Of a stretch of 57,827 nucleotides of DNA, positions 7,769 to 16,700 are shown piece by piece. Source of the DNA: Candidatus Falkowbacteria bacterium CG1_02_37_21. GTDB lineage: Bacteria; Patescibacteriota; Patescibacteriia; Patescibacteriales; UBA12465. The position numbers and the translations under genes were made by a program. Positions within the stretch are counted from its first letter, which is position 1. Each line of letters begins with the position of its first letter. The stretch spans positions 1 through 57,827 of the forward strand of contig MNUT01000024.1 in the NCBI GenBank assembly GCA_001871165.1, given 5' to 3'. Below the pieces are notes generated by a model that worked only from the letters and a program-made list of their open reading frames with translations, had not been told where the DNA came from and did not search any database.

Positions 7769-10700
7769 TTAAATTACTCGGAAGACTTCCTCTAAACTGG
7801 TGTCGCCGTTTAAGGCTTTTAAGACGCCATCTTGTAACATGGTTACTGTTCCGTCGGCGATAGCCGCTTCTTCAATTTCAAAGTCGGTAATGCCGTCTTT
7901 TTGAATAAGTTTTTGAATGGTGGGGCTCATGGTAATGGCTTCGTATAAACCAATGCGACCCTTATAACCGATATTACTACATTTTTCACAGCCAACCGGT
8001 TCATAAAATTCTATTTTATCAGGGATAGAGACATCTTTATTTTGGATGCTAGCTAAAATATCTTTTACTTTTTGTAAATCTTCTGGAGAAGTGTTAGCTA
8101 CTTTTTTACAGACAGGACAGAGGCGGCGCACTAAGCGTTGGCCGATGGTAAATTCTATAGAGTTAGCTAAAGTTTGACGCTCTAAGCCGAGTCCGACAAA
8201 ACGAGAAATGGCGCCGGCTGCATTATTAGCATGAATAGTAGATAAGACTAAATGTCCGGTTAGAGCAGCCTCAATAGCAATTTTGGCGGTTTCATTATCA
8301 CGAATTTCTCCAATCATCATGATGTTAGGATTTTGTCGCAGCAGGGAACGCATAGCGGCCGCAAAAGTATAACCGCGTTCTTCATCAATTTGCGTCTGCA
8401 TCACGCCGGCCAGCTGATATTCAATTGGATCTTCTACTGTAATAATTTTTACATCCGGTTTATTAAGTTGGTTGAGAATGCTATACAGAGTAGTTGTTTT
8501 TCCGCTGCCGGTTGGTCCGGTAGTTAGAATAATGCCACGAGTTTTTTTCATGGCCAGCTCTAGAGATTTTAGAGAAACCGAAGTAATACCTAATTTAGCC
8601 ATTTCTAAGTTAGCGGCGGAAGTAGATAATAGACGCACAACGATAGTCTCTCCGTAACCGCCAGCGATAATAGAGAGACGGCAGTCAATTTTATTTGTCG
8701 GTAAATAAATAGTAAAACGACCGTCAAAAGTAGCTCGCTTAATATTAGTTGGCGCACCGGCCAGTATTTTAATTTCCGAGAGAATTTGTAGATAACTGGT
8801 TTTTGGTAAGCTTAAAATATCATGCATTACTCCATCAATACGAAAACGCACCTTAACATCATGTTCGGTTGGCTCAATATGAATATCACCGGCATCGCTA
8901 ATAGCACCAAGGGCCATAATCAGAGAAATTAATTCCCCGACGGGTATTTCTTTAATGGTAGCTCCGGCTTGAGAGATATCTTTACTGAGTTTTTCGGCCG
9001 TTGCCATTTCTTCCGGCTTAATTTTTACACCGCGGCCAATAGTCTGAGAAATAACGACATCATACAAATCATTAACATAATCAAAATTACCGACGACGCG
9101 ATAAACTTCTTCTAAGGAAGTCATGCCATCCAAAGCTTTTAAGACACCGTCCTGTAACATGGTAATCATTCCGTCCTCAATAGCTTGCTGTAAAATTTTA
9201 AAGGAAGAATTATTATCCACGGTCAGCTGTTTAATCTTATCACTCATCGTAAAAATTTCAAAAATACCGGTGCGGTCCTTATAGCCAATATTATTACAAT
9301 GTTCACAACCCGGTCCGGCCGTATAAACTTTCGGTAAGATGGAAGGAATTTCAATCCCGGCTTTAGGTGATACGACTGCTAAAATTTTATTAACTTGTTC
9401 TGCTTCATTTACATCAAGTTCATGTTCTTGTCGGCACTTGGGACATAGTTTACGGATTAAACGTTGCCCGATTACAACATTAATAGAGGGAACCAAGAAG
9501 TATGGTTTAACGCCTAAATCGACTAAACGAGGAATAGTGCCGGCGGCATCGTTGGTATGAAGAGAAGATAAAACTAAATGCCCGGTAATAGAAGATTGGA
9601 CTGCGATTTCCGCTGTTTCTAGATCACGAATTTCCCCGACCATAATTATATTGGGATCTTGCCTGAGTAGAGATCGCAAACCGGACGCGAAAGTATAACC
9701 GCGTTTTTCATCTATTTGACTTTGATTAATGCCTGGTAGCTGATATTCAATCGGATCTTCCAGAGTAATAATTTTAGTACCGGGTTTATTTAACTTATTA
9801 ACGATAGAATAAAGAGTAGTGGTCTTGCCGCTACCGGTGGGACCAACGCCAAGAATTAAACCGTTTGGTTTGGCGATTTCCCTGTTTAGAATCGGCATAA
9901 TTTCTGACCTGACACCAAGACTGGCTAGCTCTAAAATTGTAGAGGAAGAATCTAAAATTCTCATAACCACGCTTTCGCCATAAGAAGTTGGCAAAAAAGA
10001 ACAACGAACATCTATTTTTTTGTCTTTTAAATAGATGGTGTAGCGTCCGTCTTGAGGAGTGTTACTAATGTTTATTTTTACTCGTGCTAGAATTTTTAAG
10101 CGAGAAATTATCCGGCTCCATTTATCTCGGTCAATGATGGCTGCTTCTTGTAAGACGCCATCAATACGAATGCGTACTGCTACGCCATTTTCTTCCGCCT
10201 CAATATGAATATCACTGCCCCCTACTTTGAGAGTAGTGGCTAAAATAAGAGTGACGACGTCAGTAATATTTACCTCGTTAATTTTATCATTGAGACTTTT
10301 GTAGTTATCAATTGCGTCTTGAAACTTATTTAAACTAGCTTCGTCGATTGAAACGCCACTATCAAGTTTTGTTATTTTAGGTAAACTTTTATAGGCTTCT
10401 AAAGCGGTCATTAGGCTCGTGGGAGATATAATGTATAGTTTAACATCGGCAAAATATTGATCACCCAGGCGAGCTAGTTCAGTGGTAATTTCTTCATTAG
10501 GTTCTACGCAGGCAACTCGAATATGTTTACCGTCATAGAAAAAAGAAATCGCGCCTATCTCACGAGCGCGTTCTTCGCTTAACAAACTTAAAGCTTCTGG
10601 ACTGATAGGAAAAGTAGCCAGATTAACATAATCTAATCCTAAACCTTGGGCCGTCTGATTGGCTTGTTTTTCAATCTCTTTTAGTTTTATTTCTTCTTGT

Positions 10701-10780
10701 TTTTTAGTAAAACGACCGGCGACGCTCTCTTCGTCATCGGTCGGATTAGTCAAATTTGAGATGGAAGCAAAGTCACTCAT
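7769..10780 (-). CDS. pilB: Tandem-fused double PilB/GspE-type secretion/pilus ATPase (T2SSE_N + ATPase module 1 + ATPase module 2)
   Basis: 1003 aa with two complete modules. Walker A GPTGSGKTTT occurs at aa 313 and aa 755. Asp box: LEDPIEYQ / VEDPIEYQ. Walker B: IMVGEIRD / MMIGEIRD. His box: GHLVLSSLHTNDA / GHLVLSTIHANNA. Each module has a CxxC...CxxC tetracysteine motif. Confidence 0.9.
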   Translation of the reverse strand: MSDFASISNLTNPTDDEESVAGRFTKKQEEIKLKEIEKQANQTAQGLGLDYVNLATFPISPEALSLLSEERAREIGAISFFYDGKHIRVACVEPNEEITTELARLGDQYFADVKLYIISPTSLMTALEAYKSLPKITKLDSGVSIDEASLNKFQDAIDNYKSLNDKINEVNITDVVTLILATTLKVGGSDIHIEAEENGVAVRIRIDGVLQEAAIIDRDKWSRIISRLKILARVKINISNTPQDGRYTIYLKDKKIDVRCSFLPTSYGESVVMRILDSSSTILELASLGVRSEIMPILNREIAKPNGLILGVGPTGSGKTTTLYSIVNKLNKPGTKIITLEDPIEYQLPGINQSQIDEKRGYTFASGLRSLLRQDPNIIMVGEIRDLETAEIAVQSSITGHLVLSSLHTNDAAGTIPRLVDLGVKPYFLVPSINVVIGQRLIRKLCPKCRQEHELDVNEAEQVNKILAVVSPKAGIEIPSILPKVYTAGPGCEHCNNIGYKDRTGIFEIFTMSDKIKQLTVDNNSSFKILQQAIEDGMITMLQDGVLKALDGMTSLEEVYRVVGNFDYVNDLYDVVISQTIGRGVKIKPEEMATAEKLSKDISQAGATIKEIPVGELISLIMALGAISDAGDIHIEPTEHDVKVRFRIDGVMHDILSLPKTSYLQILSEIKILAGAPTNIKRATFDGRFTIYLPTNKIDCRLSIIAGGYGETIVVRLLSTSAANLEMAKLGITSVSLKSLELAMKKTRGIILTTGPTGSGKTTTLYSILNQLNKPDVKIITVEDPIEYQLAGVMQTQIDEERGYTFAAAMRSLLRQNPNIMMIGEIRDNETAKIAIEAALTGHLVLSTIHANNAAGAISRFVGLGLERQTLANSIEFTIGQRLVRRLCPVCKKVANTSPEDLQKVKDILASIQNKDVSIPDKIEFYEPVGCEKCSNIGYKGRIGLYEAITMSPTIQKLIQKDGITDFEIEEAAIADGTVTMLQDGVLKALNGDTSLEEVFRVI

Positions 10781-10782
10781 AA

Positions 10783-11763
10783 TTAAGATCGACGGCTAAA
10801 GATTCGTTCTAACTTAGCCAGGCCACGCCCATTTTTTAGACTTAAAAATAAGTTGGTCCAGGCCGCAGTCTGGAAGCTTGTCATTAACGCGCCGAAAAAT
10901 ACGATAATAGCAATAGTTAAGAACATCATCAGGGCCACTAACCAGATTAGTTGGAATATGAGCCCTAAGAGTAAGAGCGGTAATAAGAAAATTGCTAGCA
11001 AGGTTACTAAAACCATGCTGGCTACAAAATTAATTAAGAAGAGAATGATTGCCGCTTCTACACTTATTAACCAATGTTTTTTAAATAAATGCCAACCGTG
11101 TTCCAGAGAAGATACTAAAGAATGTTTATCTAAGACTTCGTAAGCGATAGAATATTTTATCATTAAGGATAAACCCATTGCCAGGGGAACAAAAATAATA
11201 AAAATAATGGTGTAGATAGTCGCTAATAAGCTCGTATCTTTAATCACCATGAACAGTAAGGGGAGGCTAACAAGAAACATCACTCCAGCTACTACTACTC
11301 TAATAAGAAAGTTAAGCCCTAGCAGTGGCCAGAAATAACGATGTCCTTCTGTTAAACCGTTGCGAATACTGAGTACTGGTTCTTTTTTCTTAGTTTCTAG
11401 AAGTTTTTTACTGTCACTAACCAGGGCGGCCTGAGAGGTAATAGCTAGCCAAATAAAGAAAATTAAAAAAACAGCGCTAATTATAGTTACTGCTAATAAG
11501 CTGAGCACTGTCCAAATGTCATAACTAAAGATATGAATGAAACCCGTGAAGAAGCTTCTTACAGTCTCACCGAGGGCTAAAATATCATAAAGGCGGATAT
11601 AAGAGCCGTCAACAATACCCTGATTCAAGTTACGGGAGACTATTTGATATTCCCAAGAACCACTGCCGGCGGCTAGAGAGGCAAAAATACCGAAGAACCA
11701 AAGATATTTGTGGCGCCAAGATATATCCCAAGCCTGGCGAAATAAGCTACGATAAGAAAACAT
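10783..11763 (-). CDS. Polytopic integral membrane protein of unknown function
   Basis: 326 aa with about 6-7 hydrophobic helices. Its stop is 2 nt from the start of the double ATPase gene, so the two are probably co-transcribed. Confidence 0.7.
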   Translation of the reverse strand: MFSYRSLFRQAWDISWRHKYLWFFGIFASLAAGSGSWEYQIVSRNLNQGIVDGSYIRLYDILALGETVRSFFTGFIHIFSYDIWTVLSLLAVTIISAVFLIFFIWLAITSQAALVSDSKKLLETKKKEPVLSIRNGLTEGHRYFWPLLGLNFLIRVVVAGVMFLVSLPLLFMVIKDTSLLATIYTIIFIIFVPLAMGLSLMIKYSIAYEVLDKHSLVSSLEHGWHLFKKHWLISVEAAIILFLINFVASMVLVTLLAIFLLPLLLLGLIFQLIWLVALMMFLTIAIIVFFGALMTSFQTAAWTNLFLSLKNGRGLAKLERIFSRRS

Positions 11764-11854
11764 AAATTTAATTGAAATTAATTGAAAAATTTAAAAAAAT
11801 CTGATAATATTATAACATAATTTTTTAATTAATACCAAATATAAAGACCCGCAT

Positions 11855-13093
11855 ATGCCTAAGGTAATAAATGATAAGCGTTTGGTGTCTGAACTGTTAA
11901 CTCGTGGGGTGGAAAAAATTTATCCCAGTTATCAGGCTCTGGAAAAAAAGCTTCTTAGCGGTGATAAAATCCGCTTATATTGTGGTTACGATCCCAGCGC
12001 CGCCTCTCTTCATATTGGTAATGCTATCGCTCTTAATAAATTGGCACAATTTCAGGCCCTAGGTCATGAGCTTATCTTTTTGATTGGTGATTTTACCGGT
12101 CGGATTGGTGACCCGACAGATAAAAAAGCGGCTCGTCAAAAATTAACGTCAGAGGAAGTGTTAAATAACGCTAAAGATTATGTAAAACAAGCCGCGGCTT
12201 ACTTAAAGTTTGATGGGGCCAATCCGGCCCGCGTGGAATATAATAGTAAATGGCAAGATAAGTTAAACTTTTCTGATTTAATTGAGCTATCCTCTCATTT
12301 TACTGTACAACAGATGATTCAACGCGATATGTTCCAAGAACGGTTGAAAGATGAGAAACCTATTTATCTACATGAGTTCCTCTATCCCCTAGTGCAAGCT
12401 TATGATAGCGTAGCTTTAGATGTAGATCTAGAAATTGGTGGTAATGATCAGATGTTTAATATGATGTGTGGACGTTCTTTACTGCGCGATATTAAGCAAA
12501 AAGAAAAATTTGTTTTAACCATGAAACTGTTAACCGATGCTGAGGGCAAAAAAATGGGCAAGAGTGAAGGAAACATTGTGTTTTTGAATGAGTCGGCTAA
12601 TAATATGTATGGACAGATAATGGCGTGGCCGGACGGAATTATGCTGGCCGCCTTTGAACTTTGCACTAATATTGAGATGAAGGAAATAAAAAAAATGGCG
12701 GATGATTTAAAAAAAGATACGGTTAATCCTCGTGACCTAAAAATGCGCCTGGCTTTAGAAATTACGGAAATTAACCATGGTCAAAAAGCGGCCGCTAGTG
12801 CCCGCGATAACTTTATTAGTACTATTCAAAAAAAAGAAGTGCCTAAAGATATGAACACTTGGCGTCGGACTGAAGAGCAATATAATATTGTTGATTTGTT
12901 AGTAGCGACAAAATTAGCGAGCAGTAAAACAGAAGCACGTCGTTTAGTTGAACAAGGAGCTGTTAAAATTCAGACCGGTGCGGATGAGAACGCTGGGCCG
13001 GTGGTCATAACCAATCCGAAAGAAGATATAAATGTTGCCGATGATACAATATTACAACGAGGTAAATTACAGTTTGTTAAGATTATTAAATAA
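11855..13093 (+). CDS. tyrS: Tyrosyl-tRNA synthetase
   Basis: 412 aa. HIGH motif (LHIGN), KMSKS motif (KMGKS) and a C-terminal S4-like domain. Confidence 0.9.
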   Translation: MPKVINDKRLVSELLTRGVEKIYPSYQALEKKLLSGDKIRLYCGYDPSAASLHIGNAIALNKLAQFQALGHELIFLIGDFTGRIGDPTDKKAARQKLTSEEVLNNAKDYVKQAAAYLKFDGANPARVEYNSKWQDKLNFSDLIELSSHFTVQQMIQRDMFQERLKDEKPIYLHEFLYPLVQAYDSVALDVDLEIGGNDQMFNMMCGRSLLRDIKQKEKFVLTMKLLTDAEGKKMGKSEGNIVFLNESANNMYGQIMAWPDGIMLAAFELCTNIEMKEIKKMADDLKKDTVNPRDLKMRLALEITEINHGQKAAASARDNFISTIQKKEVPKDMNTWRRTEEQYNIVDLLVATKLASSKTEARRLVEQGAVKIQTGADENAGPVVITNPKEDINVADDTILQRGKLQFVKIIK

Positions 13094-13120
13094 GAGGAAT
13101 TTTATTTATAATGCGAGTTT

Positions 13121-14818
13121 ATGTATTGTTTGGATGACTTAAAACAGAAAATTGCGACGGAATTGAAGTTGGCTCAGCCTCATTTTTCATATCCGCCTAA
13201 TATAGCCTTGGGAGATTTTAGTCTGGTTTGTTTTGATTTGGCGGCGGAGAGAAAGCAGACCCCGGTTGCCTTGGCCCAGGAGTTAGCACTTAGTTTAAAA
13301 GATAAACCATCCTTGAAAGATTATTTTGTTGATATTAAAGCAGTTGGTCCTTATCTTAATTTTTTTGTTGATCCCGCATATTTGGCGGCCACTCTTATTA
13401 AGGCTGTTAATAGTGGCGGGGCTAATTATGGCGTCAATAAAACCGGCAATAAGCAAAAAGTGATGATTGAGTATTCTAATGGTAATACTCACAAAGAATA
13501 TCATGTCGGACATTTGCGGAATATTTCTTATGGCGATGCGGTTAGTAAATTATTAGCTGCCAACGGTTATCAGGCTATCCCAGTTTCTTATATTAATGAC
13601 TTTGGCATTCATACCGCTAAGACAATTTGGAATTGGCGACGCAATCCGGTTTATAGCGAAAGGCTAGAGCCTAAGGGTTATTTATTGGGGCGTTGTTATT
13701 CTGAGGCCAGTAAATTGTTGGTTGATAATGAAGACGGAAAACTGGAGGTGGGACAGATTATGAAAGATATTGAATCTAGGCGGGGAGAAAATTATAAGAC
13801 TTGGCAAAAAACTCGACAGTGGAGCATAGATTATTTTGCTTCCATTTATCGCGAGCTGGGTATTAAGTTTGTTGATATTTTTTATGAGAATGAATTTATT
13901 ACCGAGGGTCGCAAGTTAGTGGATAAATTTTTGGCCGATGGGATATTGAAAAGAAGTCAGGGAACAATTATTGCCGATTTGGAAGAATATAAACTGGGAG
14001 TGCTACCGATAATTCGTTCTGACGGCACAGCTCTTTATCCGGTAGCTGATTTAGCCTTAGCCTCTGCTAAATTTGGTAGATATAAACTGGATAAGTCAAT
14101 TTATGTCGTTGATATTCGCCAAAGTCTTTATTTTAAACAATTATTTAAGATTTTAGAATTTATTGGTTATCAGCAGCCGCTTATTCATTTAACTTATGAT
14201 TTTGTTACCCTGCCGGAAGGGATGATGTCTTCGCGAACCGGTACGGTTATTACTTATCAAGATTTACGGGATAAAGTTTTAGAAAAGTCTCGAGCGGAAA
14301 CGCTACGTCGACATCCTGATTGGAGCGCAAAACGAATTGAGTCAGTGGCTTCTAAATTAATGATAGCGACGATTAAGTTTGAAATGCTAAAAGTGGGCGC
14401 GGAAAAAATTATAACTTTCAATATTCAAGAAGCTTTGCGTTTTGATGGTTATACCGCTTGTTATATTGAATATGCTTATGCGCGTCTGCAGAGTATTCTC
14501 CGTAAACAAAAATTTAGTTTTTGGACTCCTCGACCGGATTATAGAGAGTTAAAAGAAGAAAAGGAAAAAGCTTTATTAATAAAGTTGGCTCGTTATCCGG
14601 AAATAATTACTCAAGCCGGTCTTAATTATGATCCCAGCGAGTTAGCTAAATATCTTTTTGAGCTGGTGCAAATGTCCAATGATTATTATCATGAGGTTAA
14701 TATTTTAAAATCCGAGAAAAAAGTAAAGATAGCGCGTTTGGCTTTAATTAAAACTGTCAGTCAAGTGCTTAACAACGGTCTCAAAATTTTAGGATTGGAG
14801 TCTTTAGAGGAAATGTAA
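13121..14818 (+). CDS. argS: Arginyl-tRNA synthetase
   Basis: 565 aa. HVGH motif in the NTHKEYHVGHLRN context, MSSRTG motif and a C-terminal DALR-type anticodon-binding region. Confidence 0.9.
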   Translation: MYCLDDLKQKIATELKLAQPHFSYPPNIALGDFSLVCFDLAAERKQTPVALAQELALSLKDKPSLKDYFVDIKAVGPYLNFFVDPAYLAATLIKAVNSGGANYGVNKTGNKQKVMIEYSNGNTHKEYHVGHLRNISYGDAVSKLLAANGYQAIPVSYINDFGIHTAKTIWNWRRNPVYSERLEPKGYLLGRCYSEASKLLVDNEDGKLEVGQIMKDIESRRGENYKTWQKTRQWSIDYFASIYRELGIKFVDIFYENEFITEGRKLVDKFLADGILKRSQGTIIADLEEYKLGVLPIIRSDGTALYPVADLALASAKFGRYKLDKSIYVVDIRQSLYFKQLFKILEFIGYQQPLIHLTYDFVTLPEGMMSSRTGTVITYQDLRDKVLEKSRAETLRRHPDWSAKRIESVASKLMIATIKFEMLKVGAEKIITFNIQEALRFDGYTACYIEYAYARLQSILRKQKFSFWTPRPDYRELKEEKEKALLIKLARYPEIITQAGLNYDPSELAKYLFELVQMSNDYYHEVNILKSEKKVKIARLALIKTVSQVLNNGLKILGLESLEEM

Positions 14819-14837
14819 TTTATTTTGTATATATAAT

Positions 14838-16232
14838 ATGAAAAAAAAAGAAAATGATAATAGTTTGGAGAAGATTGTATCTTTAGCCAAGCGTCGCGGC
14901 TTTGTTTTTCCTTCGTCGGAAATTTATGATGGCTTTACCGCCGTTTATGATTTTGGTCCTTATGGCGTGGAATTAGCCAATAATATTAAAGCGACTTGGT
15001 GGCGGACGATGACACAGTTGCGCGATGATGTGGTCGGTTTGGATTCCGCTATTTTTATGAGTCCGAAGGTTTGGGAGGCCTCCGGTCATGTTAAAGGTTT
15101 TTCCGACCCTTTAACGGAATGTCGTAAGTGTCATAGTCGTTTACGTTTGGACGCTTTGCTGGAAGAAGCGGGAGTATTTGCCGACGAAAAAATGTCGGAA
15201 GAAGAAATAAACGGTATTTTTGAAAAAAGTAAAGAAAAAATAAAATGTCCGAACTGCGGAGCGGCTGATTTTACCCCTGGTCGTAATTTTAATCTCCTAG
15301 TGCAATCTAACCTAGGAAATTTTACTGGTGACTGGAGTAAAGAACCGACATATTTACGCGGTGAAACTTGCCAGGGTATTTATGTAAATTTTAAAAATGT
15401 GATGGACACGGCGCGAGTTCGTATTCCTTTTGGTATCGCTCAGATCGGTAAAGCTTTTCGTAACGAAATAACCGCCCGACAATTTATTTTCCGCACTCGT
15501 GAGTTTGAACAAATGGAGATGCAATATTTCGTGAAACCCGGTGACGATAAAAAATATTATGAAGAATGGAAAGAAAATCGTTGGCAGTTTTATTTGGATT
15601 TGGGGATTGCCGCAGAAAATTTAAAATGGCATAAGCATGAGAACTTAGTGTTCTATGCTAAAGAAGCTTATGATATTGAATATAATTTTCCTTTTGGTTT
15701 TAAAGAATTGGAGGGTGTCCACGCGCGTGGTGATTATGACTTACAACAACATAGTAAACATTCCGGTCAGGCGCTTGATTATTTAGATCCGACGACCAAT
15801 GAAAAATTTGTTCCTCACGTCGTAGAAACTTCGGTTGGTGTCGGGCGAACTTTCCTGGCAGTTTTATGTGAAGCTTACTGCGAAGAAGAGGTAGCCGGGG
15901 AAAGTCGAATTGTCCTTAAATTAGCCCCTAAATTGGCTCCTATCAAGATTGCTGTCTTTCCTTTGTTAAAGAATAAACCGGAATTGGTTAAAAAAGCGCG
16001 GGCCGTTTTTGATCACCTGAAATTAGATTGGCGTTGCGAGTTTGATGACAATGGTAATATCGGAAAACGTTATCGACGTCAAGATGAAATTGGAACGCCC
16101 TATTGTTTAACAATTGATTTTTCCAGTTTAGAAGATGACGACGTGACGGTGCGCGATCGCGATACAATGAAACAAGAAAGAATAAAAATATCTGAATTAG
16201 AAAATTTTTTTCTCGCCAAACTTAAAAAATAA
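14838..16232 (+). CDS. glyQS: Glycyl-tRNA synthetase (dimeric class II type)
   Basis: 464 aa. The N-terminal RRGFVFPSSEIYDGF..YDFGPYGVEL and class II core motifs are typical of GlyQS. Confidence 0.9.
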   Translation: MKKKENDNSLEKIVSLAKRRGFVFPSSEIYDGFTAVYDFGPYGVELANNIKATWWRTMTQLRDDVVGLDSAIFMSPKVWEASGHVKGFSDPLTECRKCHSRLRLDALLEEAGVFADEKMSEEEINGIFEKSKEKIKCPNCGAADFTPGRNFNLLVQSNLGNFTGDWSKEPTYLRGETCQGIYVNFKNVMDTARVRIPFGIAQIGKAFRNEITARQFIFRTREFEQMEMQYFVKPGDDKKYYEEWKENRWQFYLDLGIAAENLKWHKHENLVFYAKEAYDIEYNFPFGFKELEGVHARGDYDLQQHSKHSGQALDYLDPTTNEKFVPHVVETSVGVGRTFLAVLCEAYCEEEVAGESRIVLKLAPKLAPIKIAVFPLLKNKPELVKKARAVFDHLKLDWRCEFDDNGNIGKRYRRQDEIGTPYCLTIDFSSLEDDDVTVRDRDTMKQERIKISELENFFLAKLKK

Positions 16233-16244
16233 AATAAAATTTTT

Positions 16245-16276
16245 ATTGTCACCGACTAAGGGTGGCAATTTTTTTT
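16245..16276 (+). terminator. Intrinsic terminator after glyQS
   Basis: The stem attgtcacc/ggtggcaat (one G-U pair) has a 7-nt loop and is followed by T8. Confidence 0.75.
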
Positions 16277-16294
16277 AAAATTTACAAAAAACAC

Positions 16295-16323
16295 TTGCTA
16301 CATATTTTACTAAGCTGTATAAT
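16295..16323 (+). promoter_or_regulatory. Sigma70-type promoter for the Lys-rich small gene
   Basis: -35 TTGCTA (16295-16300), 17-nt spacer and extended -10 TGTATAAT (16316-16323). Confidence 0.6.
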
Positions 16324-16375
16324 ATAAACATAAAATAAGTTTTGTAATATTTATTTAGAAGGGGGGGTGATAACT

Positions 16376-16546
16376 ATGGCTAAGAAAAAAACTGTAAAAA
16401 AAGTTGTAAAGAAAGCTGCCAAAAAACCGGCTAAGAAGGCCGTGAAAAAGGTAGTGAAAAAAACCGCTAAAAAGAAGGTTGTGAAGAAGGCTGTAAAAAA
16501 AGCGGTTAAGAAGACTGCCAAAAAGAAAACAGCTAAGAAGAAGTAA
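16376..16546 (+). CDS. 56-aa Lys/Ala/Val-rich histone-H1-like (Hc1/AlgP-tail-like) DNA-binding protein; absent from the ORF track
   Basis: Translation: MAKKKTVKKVVKKAAKKPAKKAVKKVVKKTAKKKVVKKAVKKAVKKTAKKKTAKKK. It has the strongest SD in the window (GAAGGGGGGGTGA, 16358-16370, 5 nt before the ATG at 16376) plus its own promoter and terminator. Confidence 0.8.
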   Translation: MAKKKTVKKVVKKAAKKPAKKAVKKVVKKTAKKKVVKKAVKKAVKKTAKKKTAKKK

Positions 16547-16643
16547 TTAAGTATTAAACATAATTTTTATTGTTGAATAAAGATAAAATAATTTTTTACT
16601 TTATTAATGTTCAATAATATTAATTTGAAAATTATGCAAAAAT

Positions 16644-16675
16644 CGTCCTGCGGAATCAGGGCGGTTTTTGTTTTT
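16644..16675 (+). terminator. Intrinsic terminator after the Lys-rich gene
   Basis: The stem cgtcctg/cagggcg (one G-U pair) has a 6-nt loop and is followed by TTTTTGTTTTT. It overlaps the track's TTG start at 16668 of the next ORF. Confidence 0.7.
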
Positions 16676-16700
16676 ATCTTTTTTTCAGGCCCGGTTTGTT

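Noticed and set aside
8333-9560. Plus-strand ORFs 8333..8527, 8472..8657 and 9339..9560, antisense to the double PilB gene
   Set aside because: - They are fully embedded antisense in a strongly supported gene and have odd composition (Cys/Ser/Arg-rich).
- The same reasoning applies to other short embedded or antisense track ORFs: 2650..2859, 2951..3133, 10853..11143, 12448..12666, 13295..13513, 18620..18802, 19875..20066, 20656..20844, 21059..21298, 27188..27400, 30323..30638, 31587..31796, 35146..36214, 37802..38011, 39168..39562, 40777..41136, 41824..42084, 46380..46951, 47151..47345, 47453..47677, 47746..47961, 54120..54302, 54590..54787 and 57347..57586.
11764-11854. T-box riboswitch leader upstream of the tyrS-argS-glyQS block
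   Set aside because: The intergenic region is only 91 nt, is almost pure A/T, and has no specifier, T-box sequence or terminator/antiterminator helices.
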